Source of the DNA: Yuukianura sp. NJ FZ-2021
Lineage: Eukaryota
Direction of reading: 5' to 3'
NCBI GenBank assembly: GCA_046563655.1
Contig: CM102287.1
Coordinates: 7,564,001 to 7,628,000, forward strand
Length of the DNA stretch: 64,000 bases
Part shown: one piece after another, positions 13,198-26,357 of the stretch
Position numbering within the stretch: position 1 is the stretch's first letter
How the letters are laid out: every line of letters begins with the position of its first letter
Position numbers and translations under genes: made by a program
Notes under the pieces: generated by a model
What the model saw: only the letters and a program-made list of their open reading frames with translations
Database searches by the model: none
What the model was told of the DNA's origin: nothing

Positions 13198-16100
13198 ATG
13201 AAGGAGAAAAGTAAGAACGCTGCCAGAAGTCGTCGTGAGAAGGAAAATGAACAATTCATGAACTTGGCACGTCTTCTTCCCCTCCCCTCCGCCATTACGA
13301 CACAACTCGACAAGGCCTCAGTCATCCGACTCACAACTAGCTACCTACGCATGCGCGACGTCTATCCGGACGGTAAGCACTTTCAGTTTTTCAAAAATTT
13401 TCAAGACACCTAACATTTTCAAAAATTTGGGCTGAAAACTTCAAAAAACCACGCTAGCCCAGCGTCGCCAAATACAAGCTAACCTGGATAGACAGAAATT
13501 AAGGCTGCCAACCTTGCTTACACACGCTGAACTTAAAACTTTTCTGTTCGCTTAAAATTCAGCGTTGAATCAAATTTACTCTTGAGCGGAAACACTTCCG
13601 CTCGATTGGTTTCGCCTGATGATGTTTATTACGATCACAAATTTCTTACGACGTTTTTGGAAATGGCGCGTAACGGGAGATGGCTAACAAGGCTTTGGCG
13701 GTTAGTTTTGAATTTAAGATGGACATGGACACGTGGGGAAGTGTAAATTGGATTGTTTGACAATGGAAGTTCTTATGTCAAACAACTTTTATTGTTGAGA
13801 AGAAGAATGGGGTCAACCCTGTGACCCCTGCTGGGCTATAAGTTCTAAAGTACTAAAAAAACAATCATAAAGCAATACGCTCGTGATTTGTTTGTCGGAT
13901 GAGGATCATATGCAGAGGCAGCGGGGTGGCTTTTCTAATTGTCAGCTTTCATCATATGGCAACAAGCGTCACACCGCCGCGGCGTACGCTCTTCCTTTCA
14001 CTGCCCAACTTTTTTGAAAAATGAACAGAAAAAGAATTTTTGAAAACGAACGAAATCAATTTTTAAATGAATTCACCGACGGTCTCATTAAACCAACTTA
14101 ACAATCTCGCCAAAACTGAATTCTTTATTACAGGGTGTCATTATCAATTTTTCAATTTTTGAAAAGAGATAAAGTTTTCACTTTTTAGAATTTCAAAAAA
14201 CTTTCACTTCCGATTTCTATTTAAAAGACTCGGATTGTCATTCTTCTACTCCTTCTAACTTTTCGCTTAACAAAATTTTCCCTTTTTTCAAAATTTTGAA
14301 GATTTTCGGAAGTAGACGACGGTTTTTGCCAAAGCGAAACTAAGAAATAACGCTGTAATTTTTTGCTATCGTTAAATTAAAATTTGATTGTAAGGATTTG
14401 TGCAACGAATTGAATTAATTTAATGGGAAACTAAAAAGCCTTTAATAGCAAGAGCGTGAACGCGTCAGAAATTGGTGATTAATTTTTGAATCACGATCTG
14501 TGTTTAAGCGGCGGTTCTCTTTCTATAAAATTTTCAACTTTTGTGCAATCTACAGTCAACAAGTTGGTCTCAGTTACAGTGTACTGTTCAGTTTAAAAAA
14601 AAAACAGTTTTAAAGTAAAGTTCAAAACTAAAACTTTGTTTCAACTTTCAAACAATTCTGTATAAACTAACAACTAAAGTTCGCGTAACTTTACTAGACA
14701 TGCATGGAGTAGAAAAGGAAACCTAGAGAGGAATGGACATAGTTTGTGTTGTTAATTATTAATATAAACTTATTCAACAATAAAATATTTCTATTTTCTA
14801 AACGCTAAGTAAATGCTGAAGGGGCGTAGGTTTTGGGAGACTTTTGAGAGAAAGGCCGTTGGAAGGCGTTGGTCCAAAATAATTGGCACACTTCACAATT
14901 GCCTTCGTTAGCAAAAATCAGGAAGGAGCTTGTAGCTGCTGCTGCCTTTCAATCAAACTTTCTCCCCTACCCTAACCATAACCTAACCATGATTTGGTAT
15001 AGGACACAGAATAGCTTAGGTTAACCCAAGGGTACAATGGTTTCATACAGGGCCCTTGCAGTACCCCCAAGGTACACTTCTATTCATTCACTTTCCAGTT
15101 TCCCGGATTTACTGGAAGTTAGGTTACGTTAGCCTAACTTGCTAGGACTTAGATTATGTTGGCCTAACTTAAATGCTGGCGATCTTGGAGATTGAACATG
15201 AAACAAGACAAGACAGAGATGATAGGAAGCTTTGATCTCTTGGGAATCTCCGAAGCTCATCCCATCTTGAACCTCCCCTCCCTCTTTCCCCGATCTTCCA
15301 TCTTTCTGCTGCTTTTACAAAGGAATTGTTATACTTTTCAAAAAAAAATTACTTGAAAAGTTATGTTTTTGGTCCAAATATTCCGAATTTGGAGAAAAAT
15401 GGCGACTTTGATGGAGAAGAGTTTGATGTACTAACAAGGAAGTTGAGAAATTTGAAGGAAATGATTGACCCCGTCGTTTTGTGTTCTGAGATTCTAAAAA
15501 TGAAACGGAGATTTGGTTGTAAGCAATTTACACGGAGCGATTGCGATTGGTTCCGCTTGTTTGAACCACTGGAGGTCACAAGTGCCGTATTTCCTTTCAT
15601 AACTCCAAAAACATAACATAACCTCATGTACTTCAACACTATTCCTTCTTCCGTGATTCAACTATGACGAAATTCAAAAATTAACAAGGAATCTTTACTC
15701 GTAAAAATCTCCCGCTGCATCTTCCGCCCTCCTCCGTCTCCGATTTTCTGCAATTTCCTACACAAAACAAACCGTAAAACGATTCTTCCCTGGCGCTGGA
15801 ATGTCAACTTCCAGGTTTTTGCCAAGTTACACTTAAAAATTGGTTCAGAAGTTAGGTTATGCAGCTACTTTGGAGTTAATTCTTAGCTGGAGAAGTTGAA
15901 GTGTTGAAGTGCAGATGAAATCGGAGACTTAAAAACAAAGAAGAGAGGCATATTTCCCTTTGGAAGATTGATTAGACATGGTCTCTGGTGCTCCTTAGGA
16001 GGAAGGGTTGGTTGACCTGGGAGATGACCTCAGCAGAACACTACCCTGTGCTGTAACTCCATTAATCCGGAACCACTTAATATTACATTACATAACAAAC

Positions 16101-19100
16101 CTCCTGTCGTAAAAGACACCTTACAACTTACAACTCCAAACACTAAACTTCGACACTTCCACTTACGCTCTACTTACAAACTGAAAGTACAAACTCTGCA
16201 GGGTTCGCAAATTGCAGAATCGACTAGAATCTGAAAATTCTTTGGAGCATTCTGAAATTTTTCAATCCAATTTCAGTTTTTGACGGTTTGACGAAAAATA
16301 AATCCAGGAACTAAAAATTTTGCATTAGATTTTCATGTTACGGGGGTTTGTAATAGTATACTGAAGTATTTTTGGGCATTACGACACTTGATTTTGGTAA
16401 CTCTGGATCTTTAGTTTTATGTCAGCATTTTTCACCCTCGTTTGCCACGCCTTACCAACTTCCCAGGTCATGACCCCGTCGTTCACAAACTCTGAATTTA
16501 TCCTATTGTTTCTCAACGCTAACGTTAACAATAATATGGGAGTGAGGCACTGCTGGTTTCAATTTTGTTTTTCAAGCATTCAATACAGCTTCTGTTTCAA
16601 TTGTTTTGAAAAGACAGAATTGGAAAAACGAGATCAGTTTCTGATTAGGGCAAAGTGGTTAGGTTTCACTTTTCAGTTCTCGAAAGGAGCTTTAACAAGA
16701 TTTAGGTCCATAAATAACAGAGATTAACACTTACTATACCCACAAAGTGTCCAAATCTATTCAAAACATAACTGTTAAGTTGTAATTTAATGTGTGAGAA
16801 ATTTCAACCACAATTAGCTAATCTTGCATTAGCTTAACTAACATAATCGTTGGTTTGCTTACGCCAAAAGATCAACATTAACTTTCAATTTTGAATTCAA
16901 TATTTACAAACACTTCTTTGTTTGGAGAATTGTAAGCTGTGAATTTCTTAAATTGTGGTTCAATTTGATTTGTTTTCAAAAACATTTTTTTTTTAGTTTT
17001 GTTTTTGAATGTTTCTTTTTTTAGTTTTGATTTTTGAATGTTGAATTTTGTTGTTGAAAAAGCTGGTGGTGGAGGAAGATGATATTTTGAAGCCTCTGTT
17101 ATGTTGAGACAAGGAATTCCAATTCCATTAAAATCCAGCAGGATTTCCTCCGTCCAGGAAAAGCATTTGAGTTCTCCACTTCCCCACGAAATCTTTTCCA
17201 CAAACACTTTCCAATTTTCCCTTTCGTTTGTTCTGAGGCTTTTGTTTTCCCCCTCTTCTTCTAACTGTGCTAGTACATGCCTCTTCAAATAAGAATTTCA
17301 GAAATGGACAGGAAATCCACAAACAAACAATACACCAAATATCCACTTCCAGCCACATCTTCTCCAGCACAACTCCAACTTTTTATGGAAAAAACTTATT
17401 TCTAAGCTCAATTTTTCGTTTTACAACGTCTGCGTCAAATGGCATTTCAAAAGAATTCAAAACTTCTTTTGTTTTACCAAAATTTAGAACAAAATTACAA
17501 ATTGTACAGAACTTGAAGCTGTAGAAGCCATCCCAATAACTAACATTTCTCCAATACAGCAGTGGACAAACACAGTGAAATTTGTGAATGGCGTTTGAAT
17601 ATTACATGGAAATTTTGAAAATGTAAAAGTTTTTCTGCAAAGTGAATTGAAAGTGACAACAATTACTTTTGCATGTAGAAAAACATGAATTGAATAGGAC
17701 GTGTTGATTCCTCAACTGATTCTGATCTTTACTTTCTAGTAAGATTGAAGATTTTGATTGACTGATTTTCACAGACTTTTTGTCCCGTATGAGAACAATT
17801 GAGAAAAACGAGAGTTTTGTATTTCATAATTCAAACATCATGGGGTTGATTATCTGGAATCACGGGCTTTTTGAATTAATTGTCTGAGAAGTTTTTTGAA
17901 TTTGAGGCATTAACAAACTTTTGAAAAGAGAGTTTTGTAAAAGTGGCAGTAGATTTTGAGTTAATCAGGTCCACTAATCGACGCAGAGGGAAGGTTTAGG
18001 TTTAATTGGGAAGAATAGAAAAGTGTCAAGTTTCAAGTGGTTTTCAGACTACCCGCATTTTCACTTTTCCACGTCCCTTTGCAGTACTTTAGTTTCACTG
18101 TTCACAGTACTTTTGTCATTTTAATTCTAAATGCTACCACACACAGTTTTCTAAAACTTTGTCCAACCTATTTCCATCTTTTTAGAAGGAACAGCTCCAA
18201 AAGTGAGAAAAAAGTGTATGGCGTCCTGATTGGAAAAATTCAATTCAAATAGCGAAAGCCAAAATCTGACAAAAGCTAATTGTTGCAAATGTAGTAGATC
18301 ATTTTCTGAAAATTTGGTTTGACAATTTTGTATTTTTAAAACGAATATGAATGTACAGAATCTTAAGATTAACCTATTGTAGCACATTAAATAGATCATA
18401 TTTACCCAAACCTTAAGAAAACCTAATGGATATCCTACAATTCAGAAATCCGCAGGCACCAGCAGCATAACATCCGACATTCGCTCGCATCGGATTGGAT
18501 TCGGATGTGAAAAACTTAAGCGGGTAATACCCTCTGTCGACTCATGTCGTCGTGTCGTTGTTATTCTACAGATCAAAATAGACAACAGATTCGGATTGCT
18601 CTCAAGTGTCGTCGTTACGTCCTGGATTTACAAGTTCCAGATACAAAGAAAAACAGCGCCTTCTGGAAATCCATTTCAAATTCAAATATTATTCAGCAAA
18701 AGCTTTCAATCCTTACCGAAAAGCTTCAGCTTCGAAAAATAACAAACTACCCGAAAACCGCTTTCCTTTTTCAAATCCCAGAAAATCTTCGAAACAACTA
18801 ACTGTTTTTTTTTTTTCAAAATACAAAAATGAAGTTCAGTGTACTTTTTGAAATAAATTGAATTCTGAATCATTGATGCTTTCTTTCTTCTAGGCCTTGG
18901 TGATGCTTGGGGAGCACTTCCACCACCGCGTGATCCAATGATCCGTGAACTCGGATCGCTCCTGCTCCAGGTCAGTTTTTTCGGATTTCATTTTGGAAAT
19001 TACGAAATCAGGAAATCTAGAAAACTTAGAAGCTCTTGGGAGATAATCTTAGCGGTGAATTGAAAAACCCCAAAAATCCAAAATTTGGGAAACCATTTCA

Positions 19101-22100
19101 CATTTTTTTTTCCAAATTCAAACATTTTGATCAAAATCCCAACTTAGAATGGGATATAGCTGTAGAACAAACAACTGAAGCCATAAAATTAGGATCTCTA
19201 TGTAATTTCATCTCCCAGTTACATCCATTACGTTGATTAATTCAATTCCCTTGTTTTAAAAAACCTTTGTCGAATTACGTCAATCCAGAATTAGTCTCCG
19301 TTACCTTCCAGCTTCCTTTCTTAGGATCTTGTGAGTCATGGAAGGAAGTTGGATGATGGTTGGTGATTAGTTGTTATGCAGTGGAGTGTACGTGCAGAAG
19401 CATTTTCAAAAATCCAAAATCAGTTTTCTTAAAAAGGACGGATGAGAGATCAAATGGGGAAAGTGGATTTGATCTCATCCATTATGAATGAGGAGATTTT
19501 GACTGGTTAGAAGAGGAAACAATGGTTTAGACTAATCTGCTATTCAAGAATTCCAGTATCCAACTTAACTATAACAACGATACTGCGGAATGGAAATTGA
19601 AACATGAAATTTTGAATTTTGAAAACGGTAACCTAAAGCTTTCAAAGGAAAGATGAGTAACTTCCAGGCGAAGTTCAATTTTACATAACATTTCAATTCC
19701 GAGGCACGATTTGGTCAAAATCCAAAAAATCAGAATTTTTAAATCACCTTTCAAATTATACTTCTTTTTCTATTTTCGGGTTAATTTTGATTTAACTTAA
19801 GTTTTTTTAATTAAACTTAAAATGAGTAATAATTAAAATTAAAAGTAAAATGCTGGGTGCAAAATTATTGCAAAAATAAATCCCGTTGAATAAGTTTTAT
19901 GTTTTTACAAGTACAATGAGTAACACATCAGTTATAGTTTTCAAATTTAGTTCAGAAAGAAAACTACGTAGCACGTAGTTCAAAATTTTTTTGACATGTA
20001 ATCATGTAAATAATGTAATTTTTGAAATTTTTTTTATTTTGGGATTTTTGAAGGCACTTGATGGATTTCTTTTCGTGGTGGCATTGGATGGGAAAATCAT
20101 GTACGTTTCGGAAACTGCTTCCACACATCTTGGCCTTGCTCAGGTCAGTCTTCTTGCTTTAAAAAAAACTCAAAATTTTCAGAAAATAAAATCAAAATTT
20201 TTTGAAACTTTTTGGAGAATGGTTTTAATTTGTGTAGGTTGAGCTCACTGGGAACAGCATTTACGAGTACATTCATCCTCAGGACCAAGCCAACATGCTT
20301 GAAATCCTGCAACTTCAGAAGCTACCCAACTACCTCATCCAAGCAGACTTCCCCAAAGGTAAACTTTCTCCACTTTCATGGATTTTTGTCAATTCAGTTT
20401 TCAGTGTTAAAAAAATTGTTTGAACTCCCTGCACCACTTTCACTTTCGCCGTTCTATTTTTAGTCTCTTTGAAGCACTTCCATTTTTAGCCCGGAGGGTG
20501 ACGTGTTTTTGAAAAATTGATTTTCGGATTTTGAAAAAATGATTTGACTGCATTTCAGAAATTGAGGTCGAGCGAGCTTTCTTCCTGCGTCTCAAATGTG
20601 TCTTGGCCAAAAGATGTGCTGGTCTCACTACACAAGGATACAAGGTAAAGTTAATTAAATATAAGTTAAGCTAATTAGCCCAAACACACATGAGTGGATT
20701 TTAACTCTAATGGATTACCGTAAAGATTCTACGAATTTTTATTCTGGCGGGACCGAATCAGTAGTCGGTTTTTTCTCAATTGCGGCCTTTTTGTTAAGAA
20801 TTTACTTATACTGTATTTGAATTTACTTAACTCTCTGTTTGTAAAGATCTGTTTTATGAATGATTTTCATAGAAAGTGAAAAGAAACGTAACTTCCGTTG
20901 GGCTCCTGCATTTGACTTCTGTGTCTCAATGACAAATAGGATGCTAAAGTTATAGCTTATTCCTTTTTGTTAGCCTATTCTTTCTTGTATTCAGTTTGAC
21001 CTGGACTGTGCTAGGGGAGATACTGATTTCAGACTAAAGAATTATATGGAAGCATGACCTCTCGACACTTTCGAGGATTAGTGACCAGGAACCTTCCCTT
21101 CAATTTCCTTAACATTACACTCCTACACCAAACAACAAAATATACAAATCAAAAATTGTACCTCTCAAAAGTTAGTTTTGCCGGTATAGGTTAGGATACA
21201 ATTTGTACTAAACTATGAACAGACAAATTGGAGACGCGTGATGTCACAAAAGGCCGGACTGGCTCAGTCTTTTTCAACAAGAACAACAGTTGACTCCATT
21301 TTTTCAAAAAAAGAAAAACATTTTTTCAAAAAAGAAAAACGAATCTCTGGGTTGGGCCATTTTCAATCGAAAAGGATCTGGGCTCAGGCTGTAAAACTTC
21401 AAAAACCAAAATGGTTTTTCTCTTTTTGAAAAAACGCCTTCGAGGGATGATCCCAAAATTTTAAAATCCAATTTCAAAAGATAGTGTTAGTATACCTTTG
21501 CGCCATGATGGAGGTAAAAGTTAGGATTAGCCTAGCCTAACCTTTACAAAAAAGCACTTTAGCAACTTCAACCCCCGACCTTTGACACTGATCCCACTAA
21601 TTCTGCGATCATTTGTCATTCTTCACGTCATAAAATTTTAGAAAAGATCTATAGATCTTAAATACAGTTTACGAAAACAACTTTTTGAAAAGAAAATTTC
21701 AAAAAGTGTTAGAATTCTGAAATCCAATTTATCTTTTAGAATTGACTGGAGGTACGAGGATTATACTTTTAGAGAAATTGATGTTCATTGTTAACAAAAG
21801 TTACTGCAAGTTTTCAAAATTGAAAATTCCAAAATCGAAAGCCATTTCAAAAATGACCTAGAATTTAAAATTCTAACGACCTAAATTTCAAAAATGTATA
21901 CACAGAATTTAAAATGTCACCGATTTACGAACTGGCCTGGAATTCAAAATTTGAAAATTCAGTATTTAGCTTTAACCTTGCCCTAACTAACTTGATTTTT
22001 TTTTAAATTTGTGCATATTCTAGGTGATCCACTGCAACGGTTACCTCAAAATTCGTCGTATGGAGCCTGACAACCCTCTTTTGGGCACAGACAGTCCGTC

Positions 22101-24486
22101 GATCATTGGCCCCATCCATGGAGTGTCGTATCAGAACATGGGTTTGGTTGCGGTGGGGCATTCGCTCCCACCATCCGCCATTACCGAGATCAAAATGTAC
22201 TCAAACATGTTCATGTTCAGAGCCACCGAGGACCTGCGCATCATCTTTGTCGATTCCAGGTGAGTTACATGCACATTGTTAAAAGAAACGCTGCAAATGC
22301 AATGCTGGACTAAAAGTTAAAGCAGAAATAATCAGCGTTTCGCTGGGAAGTCACTCTCTGCTTAGAACTCAGGAAAAACCTAAGTAGTACTAATACGATG
22401 GGAAAGTTTTTCGAAGGACGATTTTCAATTAGTTTCTGTTAAAGACCAAATCATGCAGGAAATCATGATTTTATAATCTTCATTTTCATTGTTTCATGAA
22501 CTGAAAATTCAAAAGCTGTTTGGTCATGCTGTTTCATTGAATTTACACTTTCTTTTGTTTTTGACTTTTACGAAATGACTGTTTTGAAATGTTCAAATTC
22601 ATGATTTCTTTTAAATTAAAGTGTGTTTGAATTTTTGTTCTTGCAGGGTAACAGCCCTAACTGGATACGAGCCAAGTCACTTGATTGACAGAACGCTTTA
22701 CCACCATATCCACCCTTGTGACTTTGTTCACATGAGATACTGTCATCAGATCCGTGAGTTAACTACTGTTTTGAAACAAGTTTGAATGAAGCGTCACGAG
22801 TGAAGAGGTCATCAATGGTGTAACTTGACACTTTGTTTTGAATTTTGAACTTTTTGTTGAATGTTTAGTGATGTGGAAGGGTCAAGTGACGACAAAATAC
22901 TACCGGTTTCTAACTAGAGGCGGCGGCTGGGTTTGGGTGGTGAGTCAATTTCTAAGAAAATGTTGACAAAATTTTAGTTTTCAAACTAAAACATAAAATT
23001 TTAAACTTTCATTTGAATTCAATTGTTTAGCAATCCTATGCCACGATGGTCCACAATGCCAGGTCATCTCGTCAGCACTGTATCGTCAGTGTCAATTACG
23101 TCCTCAGGTAAAACAAAAAGTCCACAAGCCAATAATTTTCAACTATGTGACGCCTCTTTGCTCATAGTGCTTAAAAACATTTTGTTTAAATTTTGAATTT
23201 TCATAATTTGTGAACTTTGAAATTTGATTTTGAATTTTGAAAAGTTCTCGCTGTGAATCTCCGTCGGATGAGGTCCTGAGTTCCCTCCAAATGAATGTTG
23301 AAGACAGCTCCCTCTTGGGGAACAGTAGCAACAGCAGTGGCTGTGGCAACAGTTGTCCGCCGGTGACCTTGAGCAACCCCATCGGTGACCTCAGTCCCAA
23401 CACCCCGCGTATCACCAATTCAAAAACTACTAGCGGCGGCAAGATCCGTGTCGCCAGAATTCCTAGAACCAAAAAAGCCACACAGCCATACACCACAAGA
23501 GTTCCTACCATTGAAAAAATGTCGTCTCCCGTAAGAATTTTTACGTCAAAAGTCCTTCATGTAGAGATTTTTAAGCAAAAATTTTGAAAATCCTTTAAAA
23601 CAGTTTTAGAAACGTTTTTTAAATTTTCCAGCTCACTCCGGAAGATTACAGCCAGAGTCCAACGCCCGCTGGATACGACTACAACGTCAACACAGCCGTC
23701 TACGGCTACAGTACTCCAGCAGCCGAAGCGATTCCGGCTGAACCTACGTCCAGTCGTGACTACACCGCTGTTATTGACAACAACGGTGCCCTGTACTACG
23801 GTAGTCACAACGGCGGTGACGGGCGACCGTTTTTGTCCAACAGGGTACATCTGACTGGAGTAGCAGACTATGAATATGACCCTGCTGTGACCTCAAATTC
23901 AACCATTATGGCCATGACCTCTCGGGGCAACTGCTATGTTCCACCACTAGGACATCAAGGTCCATCACCTCCAGAATATCAACAGGAGTATGGACATCAT
24001 AGCAACTCAGAAGACGGATACTTTTACTACCGAAACACCTATGGACATCATGACTACAGCCACTTTGCCACCAGTCAAGGTCACCATGACCAGGAATATG
24101 CAAGTGGCAACCCACTGTTCAATGGTCACCACCATCAGCTTCTAAATGCATCACCACCAGCGACTAGCACTTCGCACCACTTGATGTCAGGTCTGGAAGA
24201 ACGCTTAGCAACGTCTTCCGGTCATCATCACCATCTTCAACTGTCCGACAATACAAATGATTCGTCCGGGTCAAGTTGTGGAGGTCACGCTGGAACAGAC
24301 GTGGGACTGCGGATACGGATGGACATGGACCGTGGTGGATCGAATCGGTCAATGGACCAAGTGCCGGACATGATTTCTGGAGAAACAGAGTTGAGCCATA
24401 TCCCACCACCATATCCTGGCTACACGAGTGTCATTGTCAACCCCCATACGATGACGGATAACTACGATTATGTCAATTGTAGTTAA
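13198..24486 (+). CDS. sim: Single-minded bHLH-PAS transcription factor
   Basis: Exons 13198-13372, 18894-18970, 20054-20143, 20238-20358, 20559-20644, 22024-22259, 22647-22753, 22869-22939, 23031-23107, 23245-23530 and 23632-24486. It has the Sim-type b[20 protein letters not shown]…[14 protein letters not shown] (not the Trh-type SRDAAR), then [54 protein letters not shown] and a C-terminal YTSVIV motif. Confidence 0.93.
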
Positions 24487-26357
24487 TGGCCTACTTATAG
24501 TTTCTTAAGTGTTTTAAACATTTAAACATTTGTTTTTCCAAAAACAACTAATTTGGTATTTGAAAGTGACAATTATTTACAAAAACCGAGTGGTAAAATT
24601 AGTTAATGCTAAATTGTCATTGAATTATAGTTTTAAAGTGATCTGAATTTTCAACCTTCAAGAAATAAGTTAACATAAACCGGCACGATTTACCGATGTA
24701 CTTGTACAGAACTTTGATGCCCGGATTTTGAGACAAATAAATGTGAAATGCTATCGTACAGATATATGACATGCATTTTTGGAGCAAACAGGCGACAGTT
24801 TCCTAACGACCACTACAAAGGTGTGAATTACATATATATTTCATCTCACTTACTCAATCAATAAGAGAAAGTTGAATATTTTATTTCGCAATTCTGACAA
24901 ACCGTAATCTCAAATCAAAATGCAGTTTCTAAACGCCAACACGAATTTAGTCCAAATTTCCCTCTATAAAGTTCCACAATTTCAACAGCTCAGCTTTACC
25001 TTCTCTTGGGTGACATTTGGACATCATGTCGATTTGAGCCTTATGGACCGATGTTTGTGCAATTGACCATTGTAATTACAAAGTTATGTGTAATCGGCAT
25101 TTTAAAATTAATTCAGCGCAACTAATTCTTATTTTTATATCTCATAATAGTGATATTCTGAGAAGCCGGAAGCAGTATGAACCACTTATTACAGGAAAAT
25201 TAGCTCTTACACCTGTACATAACCGCAGAGAATTCTAATTCATACGGCGTTCAAGCCAGGCACAGTGCTATTTGTTAGAATACTGATTCTTGAACCTTTA
25301 GCTCTCACATCTCATACCTATCTACCAAATTTATTAAAATGACTAATATAATTTAATTGAAATTCTAATTAAGAACGATTGTTCATCTTTCATAATGTAA
25401 AGGTATTTATTTCAAAGCCAGAGCGAGAATCATGGAATCACTCTTCCTTGATCACCGATTTCAAGAAATCAAAGAATTTGATTTGCGATTTACCAAAATC
25501 ATTTTTGGTTTTTGCTCAAAATCCCTGCTGTAAAATGTTGAAGCAAAAGTTATGCAAAAATTTTGACGTTCTGCAGGGAAATAAGCGGAGAATTTGGCAA
25601 ATCCACACCCATTTGTAAAGCGAAAGGTGAAAGGTCAATGCCCTCTGTATCTTTCTCAGCTAAAATCTGTGTGTACCAAACCAAATCCGATACTCCAGAA
25701 TTTCATTTTTTAAAAAGCGGTAAAAGGCGAAATAGTCCTTAATTTATATTTTAATAAATTAACTCAAACTTGAAGTTAATTAAAATTTATTGGAAGTTAC
25801 ATTAGAATTTGAATAGTACGCAAGCGTGCATTTTGGAAAAGAGTTTCACTTTGTGAGGGACGGGGGCGAGTGTTTGTAAATTCCTGTGCAAAAGTGGATT
25901 TCACTTTCTGTCATATTTGGGGATCATAATGGATTTGGTGGTTGACTTTGGCTGCTGACGAAGGAGGTGCTGACGAGGCGACCTTGGCAGTATTTTTTCA
26001 TAAATTGTCACTTTTAACTTTAGTCTCCTTGTGTAATTAGGACATTACAACCCAATTCAACATCGGCCTCGTTCGCCTCCTCTTCCTCAAAACCGTAAGT
26101 AACCTAAACCACAAAGAAAACCACTGGCCATGATTAGCAATAGCAGTAATTAGAATTGTCAATTCACAAATTATTAATGAAAATATTGGTTCTTTTCTTC
26201 CGTAGGTATCTGAATCAACTGAAAACTGACATTGTGATTGTTGTGGCTGTGACAGAAGGGCTGTAGATGGTCATACTGTTAACCAGAAGGGCAGCTCTAA
26301 AACCTTCCATATTTTTGTAATTATTAATTAGATAACCTGTAAAACCAAGCCAAAGAA

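Noticed and set aside
14968..15170. Scattered CCTAA/TTAGG motifs as interstitial telomeric repeats
   Set aside because: They are not a tandem array, only dispersed and degenerate pentamers.
19440..19480. Hairpin gagatcaaat…atttgatctc in a sim intron as a pre-miRNA
   Set aside because: The stem is only about 10-14 bp, too short for a Drosha substrate.
15326..19754. Assorted 60-136 aa ORFs inside sim introns
   Set aside because: F/K/L/N-rich translations of AT-rich intron DNA with no domain or splice support.
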